Source: an uncultured Candidatus Saccharibacteria bacterium (GTDB taxonomy: Bacteria > Patescibacteriota > Saccharimonadia > Saccharimonadales > Saccharimonadaceae). Taken from it: DNA of 64,000 nucleotides. The stretch lies in NCBI GenBank assembly GCA_964593465.1, contig CAZQJY010000001.1:74480-138479 (forward strand). Direction: 5' to 3'. The notes beneath the pieces are model-generated. The model worked only from the letters and a program-made list of their open reading frames with translations, had not been told where the DNA came from and did not search any database. This document shows, in pieces, positions 55,191 to 64,000 of the stretch. The number at the start of each line of letters is the position of its first letter. Position 1 is the first letter of the stretch. Position numbers and translations under genes: made by a program.

Positions 55191-56253
55191 TTAACTTTCC
55201 TATACTTGAGATTGCGGATGTTAGTGAGGAGTGAAGTGTAAGATCGCTTTTGGTTAATATTTCACGTGCCTCATGGATATTAGTACCCTCTAGACGAATG
55301 TAGAGCGTAGGGAGAGTGTCAATTTCATCGCGCGCAGCAAGAATGGCACGTGCTACTTCGTCGCAGCGAGTAATGCCAGCAAAGATATTGATAACGATGG
55401 CTTGGAGTTTAGGGTAGTCCATAAGCTTACGAAACGATGCTAATACCGACTCTTTGTTGGCACCACCACCTACGTCGAGGAAGTTGGCGGGTTCGTAGCC
55501 TGCGGCTTGCACCGCATCAACCGTCGCCATGGCAAGGCCTGCGCCATTAGCTATGGTTGCGACAGTGCCGTGACGATTTAGCTCTACAAAATTAGCACTG
55601 GCGGGCTTGTCGTAAAAATCCCAATCGGCGTGGCGAAATGCAGCGGCGTTATCGAGCTCCATCTTGCAGTCCGCTGCTACGGGTTTGTTGTCTGTTGTGA
55701 TGACGAGCGGGTTGATTTCGAGTAGTAGCGCGTCGTTGGCGTGCATGCAATCAAGTAGATTTTTTAGTAGTTCGCTTAGTGCAAATTCTTGATTTTCAAG
55801 CTCCAGGTATTCGGCTAGTGCAAGGGCGGTTGTCTCGATGGTAGCGGCACTGAGTATCTCACGGAAGAAAGCCTCGATAGGCTGCGACTCAATATCAACA
55901 CCGCCATCTTTGTGTGCCAGAAGGACGATCGCCTGTTCGTCACGATTAATGGTGAGATTGAGATATATTTCTCGGTCGATATCTACCAACTCTTCGACCA
56001 ACACGCTGACTGCTTTGTAGCCCTCTATATCCGCGGCGAAAACCGTAGGAAGCGTTTGCTTAAGTTCGGCCTGTGTTTTTACGATTTGTATACCACCGTA
56101 TTTATTACGTCGTCCAGTGAGTACTTGGGACTTGAGAACGGCGGGAAGATTTGATAAAAAACCACTAGTAGGATCAGTAATTAGTTGAGATTCTGGCACC
56201 GCGACGCCAGAAGATGCGAGCAGGGATTTTGCTTCATATTCAAGGAGTTTCAT
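55183..56253 (-). CDS. sucC: succinyl-CoA synthetase beta subunit (divergent)
   Basis: LLEYEAK, EINPL, DCKMELD, NGAGLAMATVD, ANFLDVGGGA, NIFAGITRCD, RLEGTN. Confidence 0.9.
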   Translation of the reverse strand: MKLLEYEAKSLLASSGVAVPESQLITDPTSGFLSNLPAVLKSQVLTGRRNKYGGIQIVKTQAELKQTLPTVFAADIEGYKAVSVLVEELVDIDREIYLNLTINRDEQAIVLLAHKDGGVDIESQPIEAFFREILSAATIETTALALAEYLELENQEFALSELLKNLLDCMHANDALLLEINPLVITTDNKPVAADCKMELDNAAAFRHADWDFYDKPASANFVELNRHGTVATIANGAGLAMATVDAVQAAGYEPANFLDVGGGANKESVLASFRKLMDYPKLQAIVINIFAGITRCDEVARAILAARDEIDTLPTLYIRLEGTNIHEAREILTKSDLTLHSSLTSAISSIGKLND

Positions 56254-56271
56254 CTCTTACTAGTATACCAC

Positions 56272-57279
56272 TTACTTACCGGTGAAGAATCTGCGAAACT
56301 TACGTAGACCAGTTTGGTCTGGCGGCAGATCGAGCCATAGGATGGATTTTATATAGTCTGCTGAGACTTTTCTGTTACGTTGTATTTTGATACGAGCCGG
56401 GACTGCATGGAACCAAAATAAGTACACACTCATAAGCAAACCCTTGACCGCAGGTGTGTATCGCTTTTTTTTGATTGCGTGTCCAAATATAAGCCAGTAG
56501 GCAAGCAGAAAGCGAAAACCGATAGGGAATAGTAGTCTAGAAGGGGTATTTTTTGCAAAAAGTAGCGGGAGATTTTTGAACGTATGGTAGATGGGTAGGT
56601 CGGGTAGACTCGAACTGGAGGCTCCACGTTTATGATAGATAATGGCTTTGTCTGTAAAATATGCCTTGTATCCATGAAGCTGTGCTCGAAAGCTCAGGTC
56701 TACATCTTCGTAGTACATGAAAAATGTTTCATCGAATAGTCCTACTTGCTGAAAAACCTCCGTATTGTAGAGTGTGCCTGCGCCACTGCCGCCAAAGACA
56801 AAACCACTTTTTGATGCATACTTAGTGAGTTTATCGCGATCTCTCGGAAAGGGAAGTCCCCATGTGGAGTACCAATCACCAGTACTATCGATTGTCTTGC
56901 GGTCACTATGGAGTACGAGACTTGTAGTGATACTACTAGCATATTCTTTACTAGCTGTCACAAGTTCTGTGAGCCATTTCGGGTGGGCGACAGCGTCGTT
57001 ATTGATGAGTGCTACATAATCAAAGCCGTACAGTAACGCGTTGCGTATACCAGTATTAACGCCGCCAGCAAAGCCAATGTTTTTTTGGTTATGAATTATA
57101 TGTATGCTATCCGATTTTATAGAATCGAGCAATACACGTGTACTTGGCTCGGATGACGCATTATCTACAACAAAAATCTCAAAATTTGTGTAACTTTGGC
57201 GTGTAAGTGACTCAACACAAGCAAGTGTGTCCGAGATTCCATTCCAATTTAGTACGATAACAGCAACTTTTTTAGTCAT
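56272..57279 (-). CDS. glycosyltransferase family 2 (rhamnosyltransferase-like)
   Basis: IVLNWN, VVDNAS, N.GFAGG.N, NNDA, GLFDE.FFMYYEDVDL..R. Confidence 0.9.
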   Translation of the reverse strand: MTKKVAVIVLNWNGISDTLACVESLTRQSYTNFEIFVVDNASSEPSTRVLLDSIKSDSIHIIHNQKNIGFAGGVNTGIRNALLYGFDYVALINNDAVAHPKWLTELVTASKEYASSITTSLVLHSDRKTIDSTGDWYSTWGLPFPRDRDKLTKYASKSGFVFGGSGAGTLYNTEVFQQVGLFDETFFMYYEDVDLSFRAQLHGYKAYFTDKAIIYHKRGASSSSLPDLPIYHTFKNLPLLFAKNTPSRLLFPIGFRFLLAYWLIFGHAIKKKRYTPAVKGLLMSVYLFWFHAVPARIKIQRNRKVSADYIKSILWLDLPPDQTGLRKFRRFFTGK

Positions 57280-59806
57280 TGATTTGATCCGTATAGGTAC
57301 GTGAAGTATATGATGCAATGATGCTTTGTGATTTTTTACTCATAGCGAGCAAAGCTTTGTTGCTGGTTTTTTTGTTGGCTATCTTTTCGATAGCACGGGC
57401 GATATCTTGTATGTTGGTATGATCAATAAGGTAGCCATTTTTACCATCGAGTAATTGCTCATCTACTCCTGAAGAGTTATTACGTAGTACGATGTGCCCC
57501 ATAGTCATACCTTCGGCAATATAGAGCCCAAACGTTTCATTGATAGAGCAACAGAGTACGGTATTACATTGGCTTGCGATTTGCATAGCCTCGGGCTTTG
57601 GTACGGTGTCGTGTATGGTGACAAACTTGCTTAGGGTTGATGCGGCAAGCCAACGGATTTGTTGTGATATATAGTCGTCTTGGCGCACGGAGAGGAGGCT
57701 AAGGTGAACGTTTCGATAGAGAGAAGGGTTCTTTGTATAGTAGTGGTCGACAAAATACTGCAATGCACTAAGTGCGAGCACCTGGCCTTTGCGACCATCC
57801 GAAGAGGTGCCGGAAAGCCACATATGTATCGTGTCGAAATCTTTTGCTACGCGAGGTTTGGTGTATTCGCTCGGTACATCAACTCGTAGGTGTACTACTT
57901 GGCCTTTTGTGCTTAGCATCTCTGCATACTCGTCGGCAGTTTTTTGTGAAGGATAGAGGAGGCTTAATTTATCTGAGTTTGCGAGTGATGTAATGCGTCG
58001 CAGGTTTTGCGTGTCAGAAAATACAGGATTTACTGCAGGGATTTGTGAGGGGTCTTCGTGTATGAACCAATGCGCGTGCTTAAGTCGCCCGAGCTTAAGC
58101 CAGGTGAGGATAAAATCTCGATACGAATCATAGATAGCGATGGTGTTGATGAGTACGAAGTCATCTGGATGCAAGCCAAGCTGCAGGCGAATAAAACGAA
58201 AACTAGCGCCATACACAGCCTTTTCTGGCTTGATTCCAAGCGATTTGAGGTAGTTTTCCTGTGGCTGGGTGATTCCTGGTGTAATAACACGCACGCATGC
58301 CGCACCGTAAGTATCCACATACTCCTCTATCATCTGTAGTAGTACGCTTGGTGCACCAGTGTGATCGATAGGGTGTGATATGAAGACAAACTGTTTATCT
58401 CTAGAGTTTGTGCGTTTATGGGTCTGTGCGGCGATAATATCGAATGCGACTCTGGCAGTTTTTCGAATGCCTTTAGTGCGGACTTTTTGCACGAGCTTGG
58501 CAGGGTTTTTGATAAGTGAGTAGGTTCGTGAGGTGTGAGGTTGTGCTATGAGTTGAGGTGTAGCTACTGCAATTAACTTTCTGAGAGATGCTTCTTGATT
58601 GTAGGGTAGTGTACCTGTATCGATGATGCGTGCAAGTGGTGCTGTGGCAGTATCCCAGTAGTAGGTTGCTTTGAGTTTCTGTACGTTTTTACGGATTTTT
58701 TGCAGCTGCTTTGGTTGCGTATGAGCTGCTGTAATGAGTTTCTCGATGCTTGTAGCTGACAAATCATCAAGCTGCATGGCAGCACCTTTTTGAACCATCT
58801 CATCACTTAGGGGGTCGCCACCATTAGTGATGGTTGCGGTTTCACCCCATACAAAATCAATCACGCGTGTACGCCACGAAAACTTGTTTTCTTCACCTGG
58901 TTGATTTAAGCTGACGATAATGTCGGCATGACTAAACCAATCAACTCGATCGTCGTAATCTATCCAATCAACAAAGAATACAGAGCGGTCTATGAGCTTG
59001 TGGTGGGTTGCGAACTCAAGTGCAGTGTCATATTGTCTGGCCATATCAGGGTTTGGATTGAAAGGATTTTTTCCACCCACAAACACAAACTTAATCGATG
59101 GATTACACGACAGTCGTTTGATCGCCTCTAGGTATTCTTCGACACGAAACCAAGGGTATAGCCCCCCAAACCACAGTACGACAAAATCATCCCTGGTGAT
59201 ACCTAGTGTACGATAAGGATTTTTAGTTGTAGCTGGTTTTTCACGGTGTAATCCAAACGGTGTATGGATGAGGCGCTTGGTATGGTACGATGCAGGGTTT
59301 ATGATGCCGAGCGCAGCCAGTACGCCTGTGTATAGTAATTCCTGCGCAGGGTTAGCATAGAGGAAGAAATCCCCACGTCGTAATGTGTGGTTGTGTCGTG
59401 CGAGGTCGGCCATGTAATTTTGATACTCAGTGGTTATGTCCTGTGCATTGCGTGCAGACACTTCTATATAAATAGGGACATATACATCAAGGATGAGCTG
59501 TGCGTCATCCCGAATATGGTCGGCGATAAATACCGATACGTCACCCATGCAGTAGCTCGCGATAACAGTGTCGTAAGAGTTGATAACTTGTATGAACTCA
59601 CTGTCGAGCTGCCATTGTATAAGTTTGATACCATCGTATTCTTCGAGTGTGAGGTTGAACCCGGCATTGATCGCGATAGTTACTTCGACACCCTGACTTG
59701 AAAGACCCTTAGCAAGCCCCCATGCCCGCATGCCACCACCCTCTATGGTCTGATGCTCTGGCGTGGGGACTGGTCCGTATGACACCACAAGACAGCGTTT
59801 ACTCAT
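57272..59806 (-). CDS. two-domain GT-B (GT4-like) glycosyltransferase
   Basis: GGGMRAWGLA, WFGGLYPW, RTRVIDF; second half with RKGQ..A, ETFGL.IAEGM..G. Confidence 0.8.
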   Translation of the reverse strand: MSKRCLVVSYGPVPTPEHQTIEGGGMRAWGLAKGLSSQGVEVTIAINAGFNLTLEEYDGIKLIQWQLDSEFIQVINSYDTVIASYCMGDVSVFIADHIRDDAQLILDVYVPIYIEVSARNAQDITTEYQNYMADLARHNHTLRRGDFFLYANPAQELLYTGVLAALGIINPASYHTKRLIHTPFGLHREKPATTKNPYRTLGITRDDFVVLWFGGLYPWFRVEEYLEAIKRLSCNPSIKFVFVGGKNPFNPNPDMARQYDTALEFATHHKLIDRSVFFVDWIDYDDRVDWFSHADIIVSLNQPGEENKFSWRTRVIDFVWGETATITNGGDPLSDEMVQKGAAMQLDDLSATSIEKLITAAHTQPKQLQKIRKNVQKLKATYYWDTATAPLARIIDTGTLPYNQEASLRKLIAVATPQLIAQPHTSRTYSLIKNPAKLVQKVRTKGIRKTARVAFDIIAAQTHKRTNSRDKQFVFISHPIDHTGAPSVLLQMIEEYVDTYGAACVRVITPGITQPQENYLKSLGIKPEKAVYGASFRFIRLQLGLHPDDFVLINTIAIYDSYRDFILTWLKLGRLKHAHWFIHEDPSQIPAVNPVFSDTQNLRRITSLANSDKLSLLYPSQKTADEYAEMLSTKGQVVHLRVDVPSEYTKPRVAKDFDTIHMWLSGTSSDGRKGQVLALSALQYFVDHYYTKNPSLYRNVHLSLLSVRQDDYISQQIRWLAASTLSKFVTIHDTVPKPEAMQIASQCNTVLCCSINETFGLYIAEGMTMGHIVLRNNSSGVDEQLLDGKNGYLIDHTNIQDIARAIEKIANKKTSNKALLAMSKKSQSIIASYTSRTYTDQIND

Positions 59807-59833
59807 TTAGATATAGTATATCACCAAAGGTGT

Positions 59834-60649
59834 TTATTCTGCGATGCAGCGATTGACGATATTGATGTCGACATAAAGGTGGTTTTCTGAGTCGGTTGCA
59901 TCGGCATCGTAGTAGCTATATTTTTCTGCAATAATAATGCGATCTGCCGACACTCCACGCTCGGTAAGCCCTCGGGTCAGTGTGGCTGCTCGTTGTTGAA
60001 ACAAGTTGTTTAGCGCTTCTTTTTCTTCATCTTTGATTGTATCAATCCTCTGGTAGCCTTCGAGTTCAAATACAAAATCCTTGCTCTCGGCGTTCTTGTA
60101 AAAGTCTGCCATTCTGTCAACAAGTAAGTTTCCACCAACAGGCGTCTTGTACTCGTCCGATTCTGGCAAAAATATCATAGTTGCGCCTCGTATTTTACGT
60201 GCGTACACTTTGGTAGAGTCTATATATGAGAGATCTGATTTATCGAGACAGTGCGATGCGATTGATGCTTCTTGAGGGGTTTCGGCTTTGTCATCTTGTG
60301 GTAGGTTGCCAATACTGTCGCCGTATTTTATTGATACGATGCGATTATTTTCTATACCGATGCGGATTTTTTTTGGACTATAGATGTCAGTGAAATTATA
60401 GAGTATATATATAGTAGATTCGTGCTGGTTCGCAGCTACTTTAGTGTAGTTACGATGAGTAATTTTTGTTGCGGCCGGTAGTTCAGAGTAGAGAGACTGC
60501 ATGGCGGCTGTATCTCCCGCTAGGGCAGCTTTCATGTAATCATTTGCAAATGCTGTGGCGCGTGCTTGCGGAGACAAAAAGAAAAAATACCCACCGATAC
60601 TAGCACCTAGAACGAGGATGGTTGTAAGTATAACAACAAGCTTCTTCAT
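59834..60649 (-). CDS. membrane-anchored protein with degenerate OmpA-like C-terminal domain
   Basis: N-terminal TM; IF..ESD..FELEGY..N.LFQQRA..L..RGV.ADRI; start ATG 60649. Confidence 0.6.
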   Translation of the reverse strand: MKKLVVILTTILVLGASIGGYFFFLSPQARATAFANDYMKAALAGDTAAMQSLYSELPAATKITHRNYTKVAANQHESTIYILYNFTDIYSPKKIRIGIENNRIVSIKYGDSIGNLPQDDKAETPQEASIASHCLDKSDLSYIDSTKVYARKIRGATMIFLPESDEYKTPVGGNLLVDRMADFYKNAESKDFVFELEGYQRIDTIKDEEKEALNNLFQQRAATLTRGLTERGVSADRIIIAEKYSYYDADATDSENHLYVDINIVNRCIAE

Positions 60650-60668
60650 AGTGTTTACTAGTATACAC

Positions 60669-61775
60669 TTATGTGTCCGTGTTGCGTAGTACGGCCTCAC
60701 GTAGCTTATTGACATTTTTTGACCATGAAAACTGTGCAAGATGCGAAGATACACCCCTGTCTGGCACAGGATGACCATTTGCGAGTGTAACTTGAATTTG
60801 ATGGGCAAACTCTGCTGCGTGTTTAGGTGATGCGTACCGTACTGCGCTACCACCAGCTTCTCTGAGTATCGGGATGTCTGATGCTACAACTGGCGTATCT
60901 GATGTGAGGGCTTCTAGTACAGGCATACCGAAGCCTTCGTATAGAGATGGCATGATGAAAATAGATGCACCTTGGTAGAGTGTCGACCTATCTTCTTGAT
61001 CAATAAATCCTATGTGAGCTATATTACACCCCTGGCGTTTGGCGGATGCGATAACCTCTTCTGTCTCTTCTGTACCCCAGCCTTTTGCGCCCCCGATCAC
61101 AAGCGGGTGAGTATTACGAATGGATTCTGGCAGTAATTCATAGGCGTGAATAAGTGTTACGAGATTTTTGCGAGGCTCCATGGTGCCTAGGAAAAGCATA
61201 TAATCTCCATCTGGGATATTGTATTTACTACGAACTGTAGCAATGGCTTTGGCGGATTGTTTGCCAGTGAATGATTCATCGGGTGGAATTGTTGTGACAA
61301 CACAACGTTGTGGGTCAATATCAAATTCTTCTACCAGTTCTTTTTTGACTGTCTCTGATACTGTGATGATAAAATCTGCTTGTTGGATCGACTGCGGTAC
61401 AACTCGACGCAAGTGCGCTAGGTTTTTACTTTCTACGGCATCTGGGTAGTAGAGGTAGGTAAGGTCGTGAATGACAGTTGCACGCAATGTAGAGTGTGTG
61501 GTGGACCATGTATCAAAGTTTGGAAATATTGTAAGGTCAACATCCGGACACCCTAGATCAAATGGGATTAGCAGTAGCCCGTAGCTACTAAGTTTGGTAT
61601 AGGCTCGATAAGTGAATTGTGACGGTGTGTGGTGGGAGGAGAAAAAGTTTACATAATATGTATCGAGTGAAATATCTTGCTCACGAGAAAGCGCATCAGC
61701 AAGAAGCTGTGTGTAGTTTGCCACACCAGACTTGTTGGGTAGCGAGAGGCAGCCTGCTTCAAGACGAACTTTCAT
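60669..61775 (-). CDS. glycosyltransferase family 4
   Basis: KSGVANY, IHDL, LFLGTMEPRKNL, PSLYEGFGMPVLEA. Confidence 0.92.
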   Translation of the reverse strand: MKVRLEAGCLSLPNKSGVANYTQLLADALSREQDISLDTYYVNFFSSHHTPSQFTYRAYTKLSSYGLLLIPFDLGCPDVDLTIFPNFDTWSTTHSTLRATVIHDLTYLYYPDAVESKNLAHLRRVVPQSIQQADFIITVSETVKKELVEEFDIDPQRCVVTTIPPDESFTGKQSAKAIATVRSKYNIPDGDYMLFLGTMEPRKNLVTLIHAYELLPESIRNTHPLVIGGAKGWGTEETEEVIASAKRQGCNIAHIGFIDQEDRSTLYQGASIFIMPSLYEGFGMPVLEALTSDTPVVASDIPILREAGGSAVRYASPKHAAEFAHQIQVTLANGHPVPDRGVSSHLAQFSWSKNVNKLREAVLRNTDT

Positions 61776-61851
61776 ATCTACTAAGCATTATACTACCTGT
61801 CGTCGGGTCGCCATATATATTGGATTATATGTGGTAAAATGAGTGGTGAAT

Positions 61852-62661
61852 ATGAAAACTAGTTTCTTTGAAAAATACCACTATTCCATGGTGTTGCTAC
61901 GCCAGCTTGTCATTACCGAATTCAAGCTTCGTTATCAAGGTTCAGTGCTTGGGTATGTCTGGTCGCTGCTTCGTCCGTTATTTTTATTTTTGATTTTATA
62001 TGTCGTGTTTGTCCACTTTCTCAAGATCCAGGGTGGCGAACATTGGCCTGTTGCGATGCTGTTGGGTATTGTACTATGGAGTTTTTTTGCCGAAGTAACA
62101 AACAATGGTATCACATCGATTGTTGGACGAGGAGATGTGATACGAAAAATCAACTTCCCTAAATACGTCATTGTTATAGCCGGGACAATTTCTGCATTTA
62201 TCAATCTACTTCTCAATATGCTTATTATTGCGGTGTTTATGCTTATTAATCAGGTGGAGCTTTCTTGGCACGCATTACTTTCACCATTATTAGTAGTAGA
62301 GGTGTTTGTATTTGCGCTAGGCTTGTCCTTTTTACTAAGTGCGATATTTGTAAAGCTTCGCGACATCAACTATATATGGGAAATTATTATGCAGGGGCTT
62401 TTCTATGCTTCGGCGGTAATCTACCCAATTTCGATGGTGGCGGAAAAAAGCGAGGCTGCAGCCAAATTCTTGCTACTTAACCCTGTGGCGCAAGCAATTC
62501 AGGATATGCGCTTTACACTTGTAAGTCAGGATACGCTCACACTTGTTTCACTGGCTGGATGGAAGTGGATGGCTATCCCTCTCGGTATTGTTGCGGTCAC
62601 GTTTGTAGTCGGTGCGCTGTACTTCAAGAAAAAATCGCCGACATTTGCGGAGGAGATATAA
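61852..62661 (+). CDS. wzm: Wzm-type ABC-2 polysaccharide export permease
   Basis: EFKLRYQGSVLGYVWSLLRPL, RDINYIW, FYAS..YP, LNP. Confidence 0.88.
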   Translation: MKTSFFEKYHYSMVLLRQLVITEFKLRYQGSVLGYVWSLLRPLFLFLILYVVFVHFLKIQGGEHWPVAMLLGIVLWSFFAEVTNNGITSIVGRGDVIRKINFPKYVIVIAGTISAFINLLLNMLIIAVFMLINQVELSWHALLSPLLVVEVFVFALGLSFLLSAIFVKLRDINYIWEIIMQGLFYASAVIYPISMVAEKSEAAAKFLLLNPVAQAIQDMRFTLVSQDTLTLVSLAGWKWMAIPLGIVAVTFVVGALYFKKKSPTFAEEI

Positions 62662-62664
62662 GAC

Positions 62665-63918
62665 ATGAGTGATGATCAAGTAGTAGTTAGTGTCAAAAAT
62701 GTCAAAAAGGATTTTCATCGCCCGCACGACAAAAGTTCAAAATCTATCAAGTCGGCTATAATCCACGCTGGTAAAAAGAGGAACAAAGAGATTGATACTC
62801 AACATGCACTCAGGGGTGTATCATTTGATGTCAAAAAAGGCGAATTTTTTGGCATAGTTGGCCGCAATGGATCTGGTAAATCTACGTTACTCAAGATGAT
62901 TGCAGGTATATATCAGCCAACGAGTGGAGAGATAGAAACGCACGGTAAACTTGTGCCATTTATTGAGTTGGGTGTTGGATTTAACCCAGAGCTTACGGGT
63001 CGCGAGAATGTTTATCTCAACGGCGCACTCCTCGGATTCACGACCAAAGAAATTGACGCGATGTATGATGATATCGTAGAGTTTGCGGAACTTCACGAGT
63101 TTATGGAGCAAAAACTCAAAAACTACTCAAGCGGCATGCAAGTTCGCTTGGCATTTGCCGTTGCTATCAAAGCACAGGGTGATGTGCTGATTCTAGATGA
63201 GGTACTGGCAGTGGGCGACGAGGCTTTTCAGCGTAAGTGCAATGACTACTTCTTTAAGGCGAAGCGCGAAGGTCGTACAGTTATCCTTGTAACACACTCT
63301 ATGGATAGTGTGCGTCAATTCTGTAGTCGTGCGATACTCATCGACGAAGGTAAGATCCAGGCAGAGGGTAATCCAGATAAAGTCGCGGCTCGGTATAGCA
63401 AGATGTTCATCGATGAATATATAGAAGAAGTTAATCAGCAGAGTGATGATACCGATAAGCCGGTAAAGCCAAAACTGAGTGATGTAGAGGTCGCATCTCT
63501 CAAGGTCTTGCAGGATGGCAAGCCTAAAAAATCAGTAGAGTTCCGAAAACCCTTTTCCATAGAAGTGACGTTTGACTCTGGGTCGGCCTATGAAAAGGTT
63601 GTTGTGGGTGTGCACGTAGTAGATCCTGCGGGACGCACGTTACATAGGGTTTCAACGAGACGTCTCGAAAAATATAGCATCAAAAAAGGCATCAATACGC
63701 TGAGGTTTGATATTGACAACATACTGACAGACGGTGAGTATGTAATAAACCTAGCCGCAGAAGAAAAAGATAGTAAAAAGCTACTTGTTCAGGAGCATGG
63801 CGAACATGCTTTTACTGTGATTGGTCTCGATACGTCAAAGTACAGCAAACTGAGTATGACCCATCCGGACATTACAATCGTAGTAGATGGGGAGAAGCAA
63901 TCGGATGAGGCGCATTAA
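62665..63918 (+). CDS. wzt: Wzt-type ABC ATPase with C-terminal carbohydrate-binding domain
   Basis: GRNGSGKSTL, YSSGMQVRLAF, DEVLAVGD..F; ~150-aa Ig-like C-terminal extension. Confidence 0.9.
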   Translation: MSDDQVVVSVKNVKKDFHRPHDKSSKSIKSAIIHAGKKRNKEIDTQHALRGVSFDVKKGEFFGIVGRNGSGKSTLLKMIAGIYQPTSGEIETHGKLVPFIELGVGFNPELTGRENVYLNGALLGFTTKEIDAMYDDIVEFAELHEFMEQKLKNYSSGMQVRLAFAVAIKAQGDVLILDEVLAVGDEAFQRKCNDYFFKAKREGRTVILVTHSMDSVRQFCSRAILIDEGKIQAEGNPDKVAARYSKMFIDEYIEEVNQQSDDTDKPVKPKLSDVEVASLKVLQDGKPKKSVEFRKPFSIEVTFDSGSAYEKVVVGVHVVDPAGRTLHRVSTRRLEKYSIKKGINTLRFDIDNILTDGEYVINLAAEEKDSKKLLVQEHGEHAFTVIGLDTSKYSKLSMTHPDITIVVDGEKQSDEAH

Positions 63919-64000
63919 AAAGATCTATGATAAATACAGTCCTGTAAAGCGTAATACGCAGTATTTAGAACGAGTAGTTTTAGAGCAGGCGAACAAAGCC
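63905..64000 (+). CDS. 5' fragment of the next polysaccharide-cluster gene (truncated by the window edge)
   Basis: ATG 63905 overlaps the wzt stop; open to the edge (MRRIKKIYDKYSPVKRNTQYLERVVLEQANKA). Confidence 0.55.
   Translation, partial: MRRIKKIYDKYSPVKRNTQYLERVVLEQANKA

Noticed and set aside
55258-55272. TTTCACGTG as another parS-like site
   Set aside because: Only a half-site, inside sucC

Overview
Core chromosomal window spanning the replication origin of a small-genome bacterium. Gene content, pilin arrays and the T4SS-like locus point to Candidatus Saccharibacteria (TM7, Patescibacteria/CPR), genetic code 11; this assignment is inferred. 1-23 kb: housekeeping and orphan genes (MacB-type ABC transporter, PGI/PMI, groESL with CIRCE, murE, tsaD, FemABX, valS, rlmH, HIT, comF, Hsp20), five stand-alone tRNAs (all four Ser isoacceptors plus Arg-GCG), a frameshifted beta-helix surface-protein gene and a dispersed palindromic repeat. 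21-46.5 kb: seven VirB2-like pilin paralogs and a divergent, ~20 kb T4SS-like operon (VirB6-, PrgI-, VirB4-like). The operon ends in two paralogous four-gene cassettes. Each has a giant membrane-anchored M23 peptidase, a Cys-linker multi-domain peptidoglycan hydrolase and two membrane-anchored accessory genes, which are candidate immunity or adaptor proteins. 46.5-52.7 kb: recF-dnaN-oriC-dnaA / rpmH-rnpA-yidC-jag, with DnaA boxes and DnaA-trios. 53-64 kb: glycosyltransferase and Wzm/Wzt surface-polysaccharide cluster containing a translationally coupled sucCD and an OmpA-like protein. No CRISPR, integrase, transposase or rRNA was seen. All annotations come from motif reading by eye; no searches were run.
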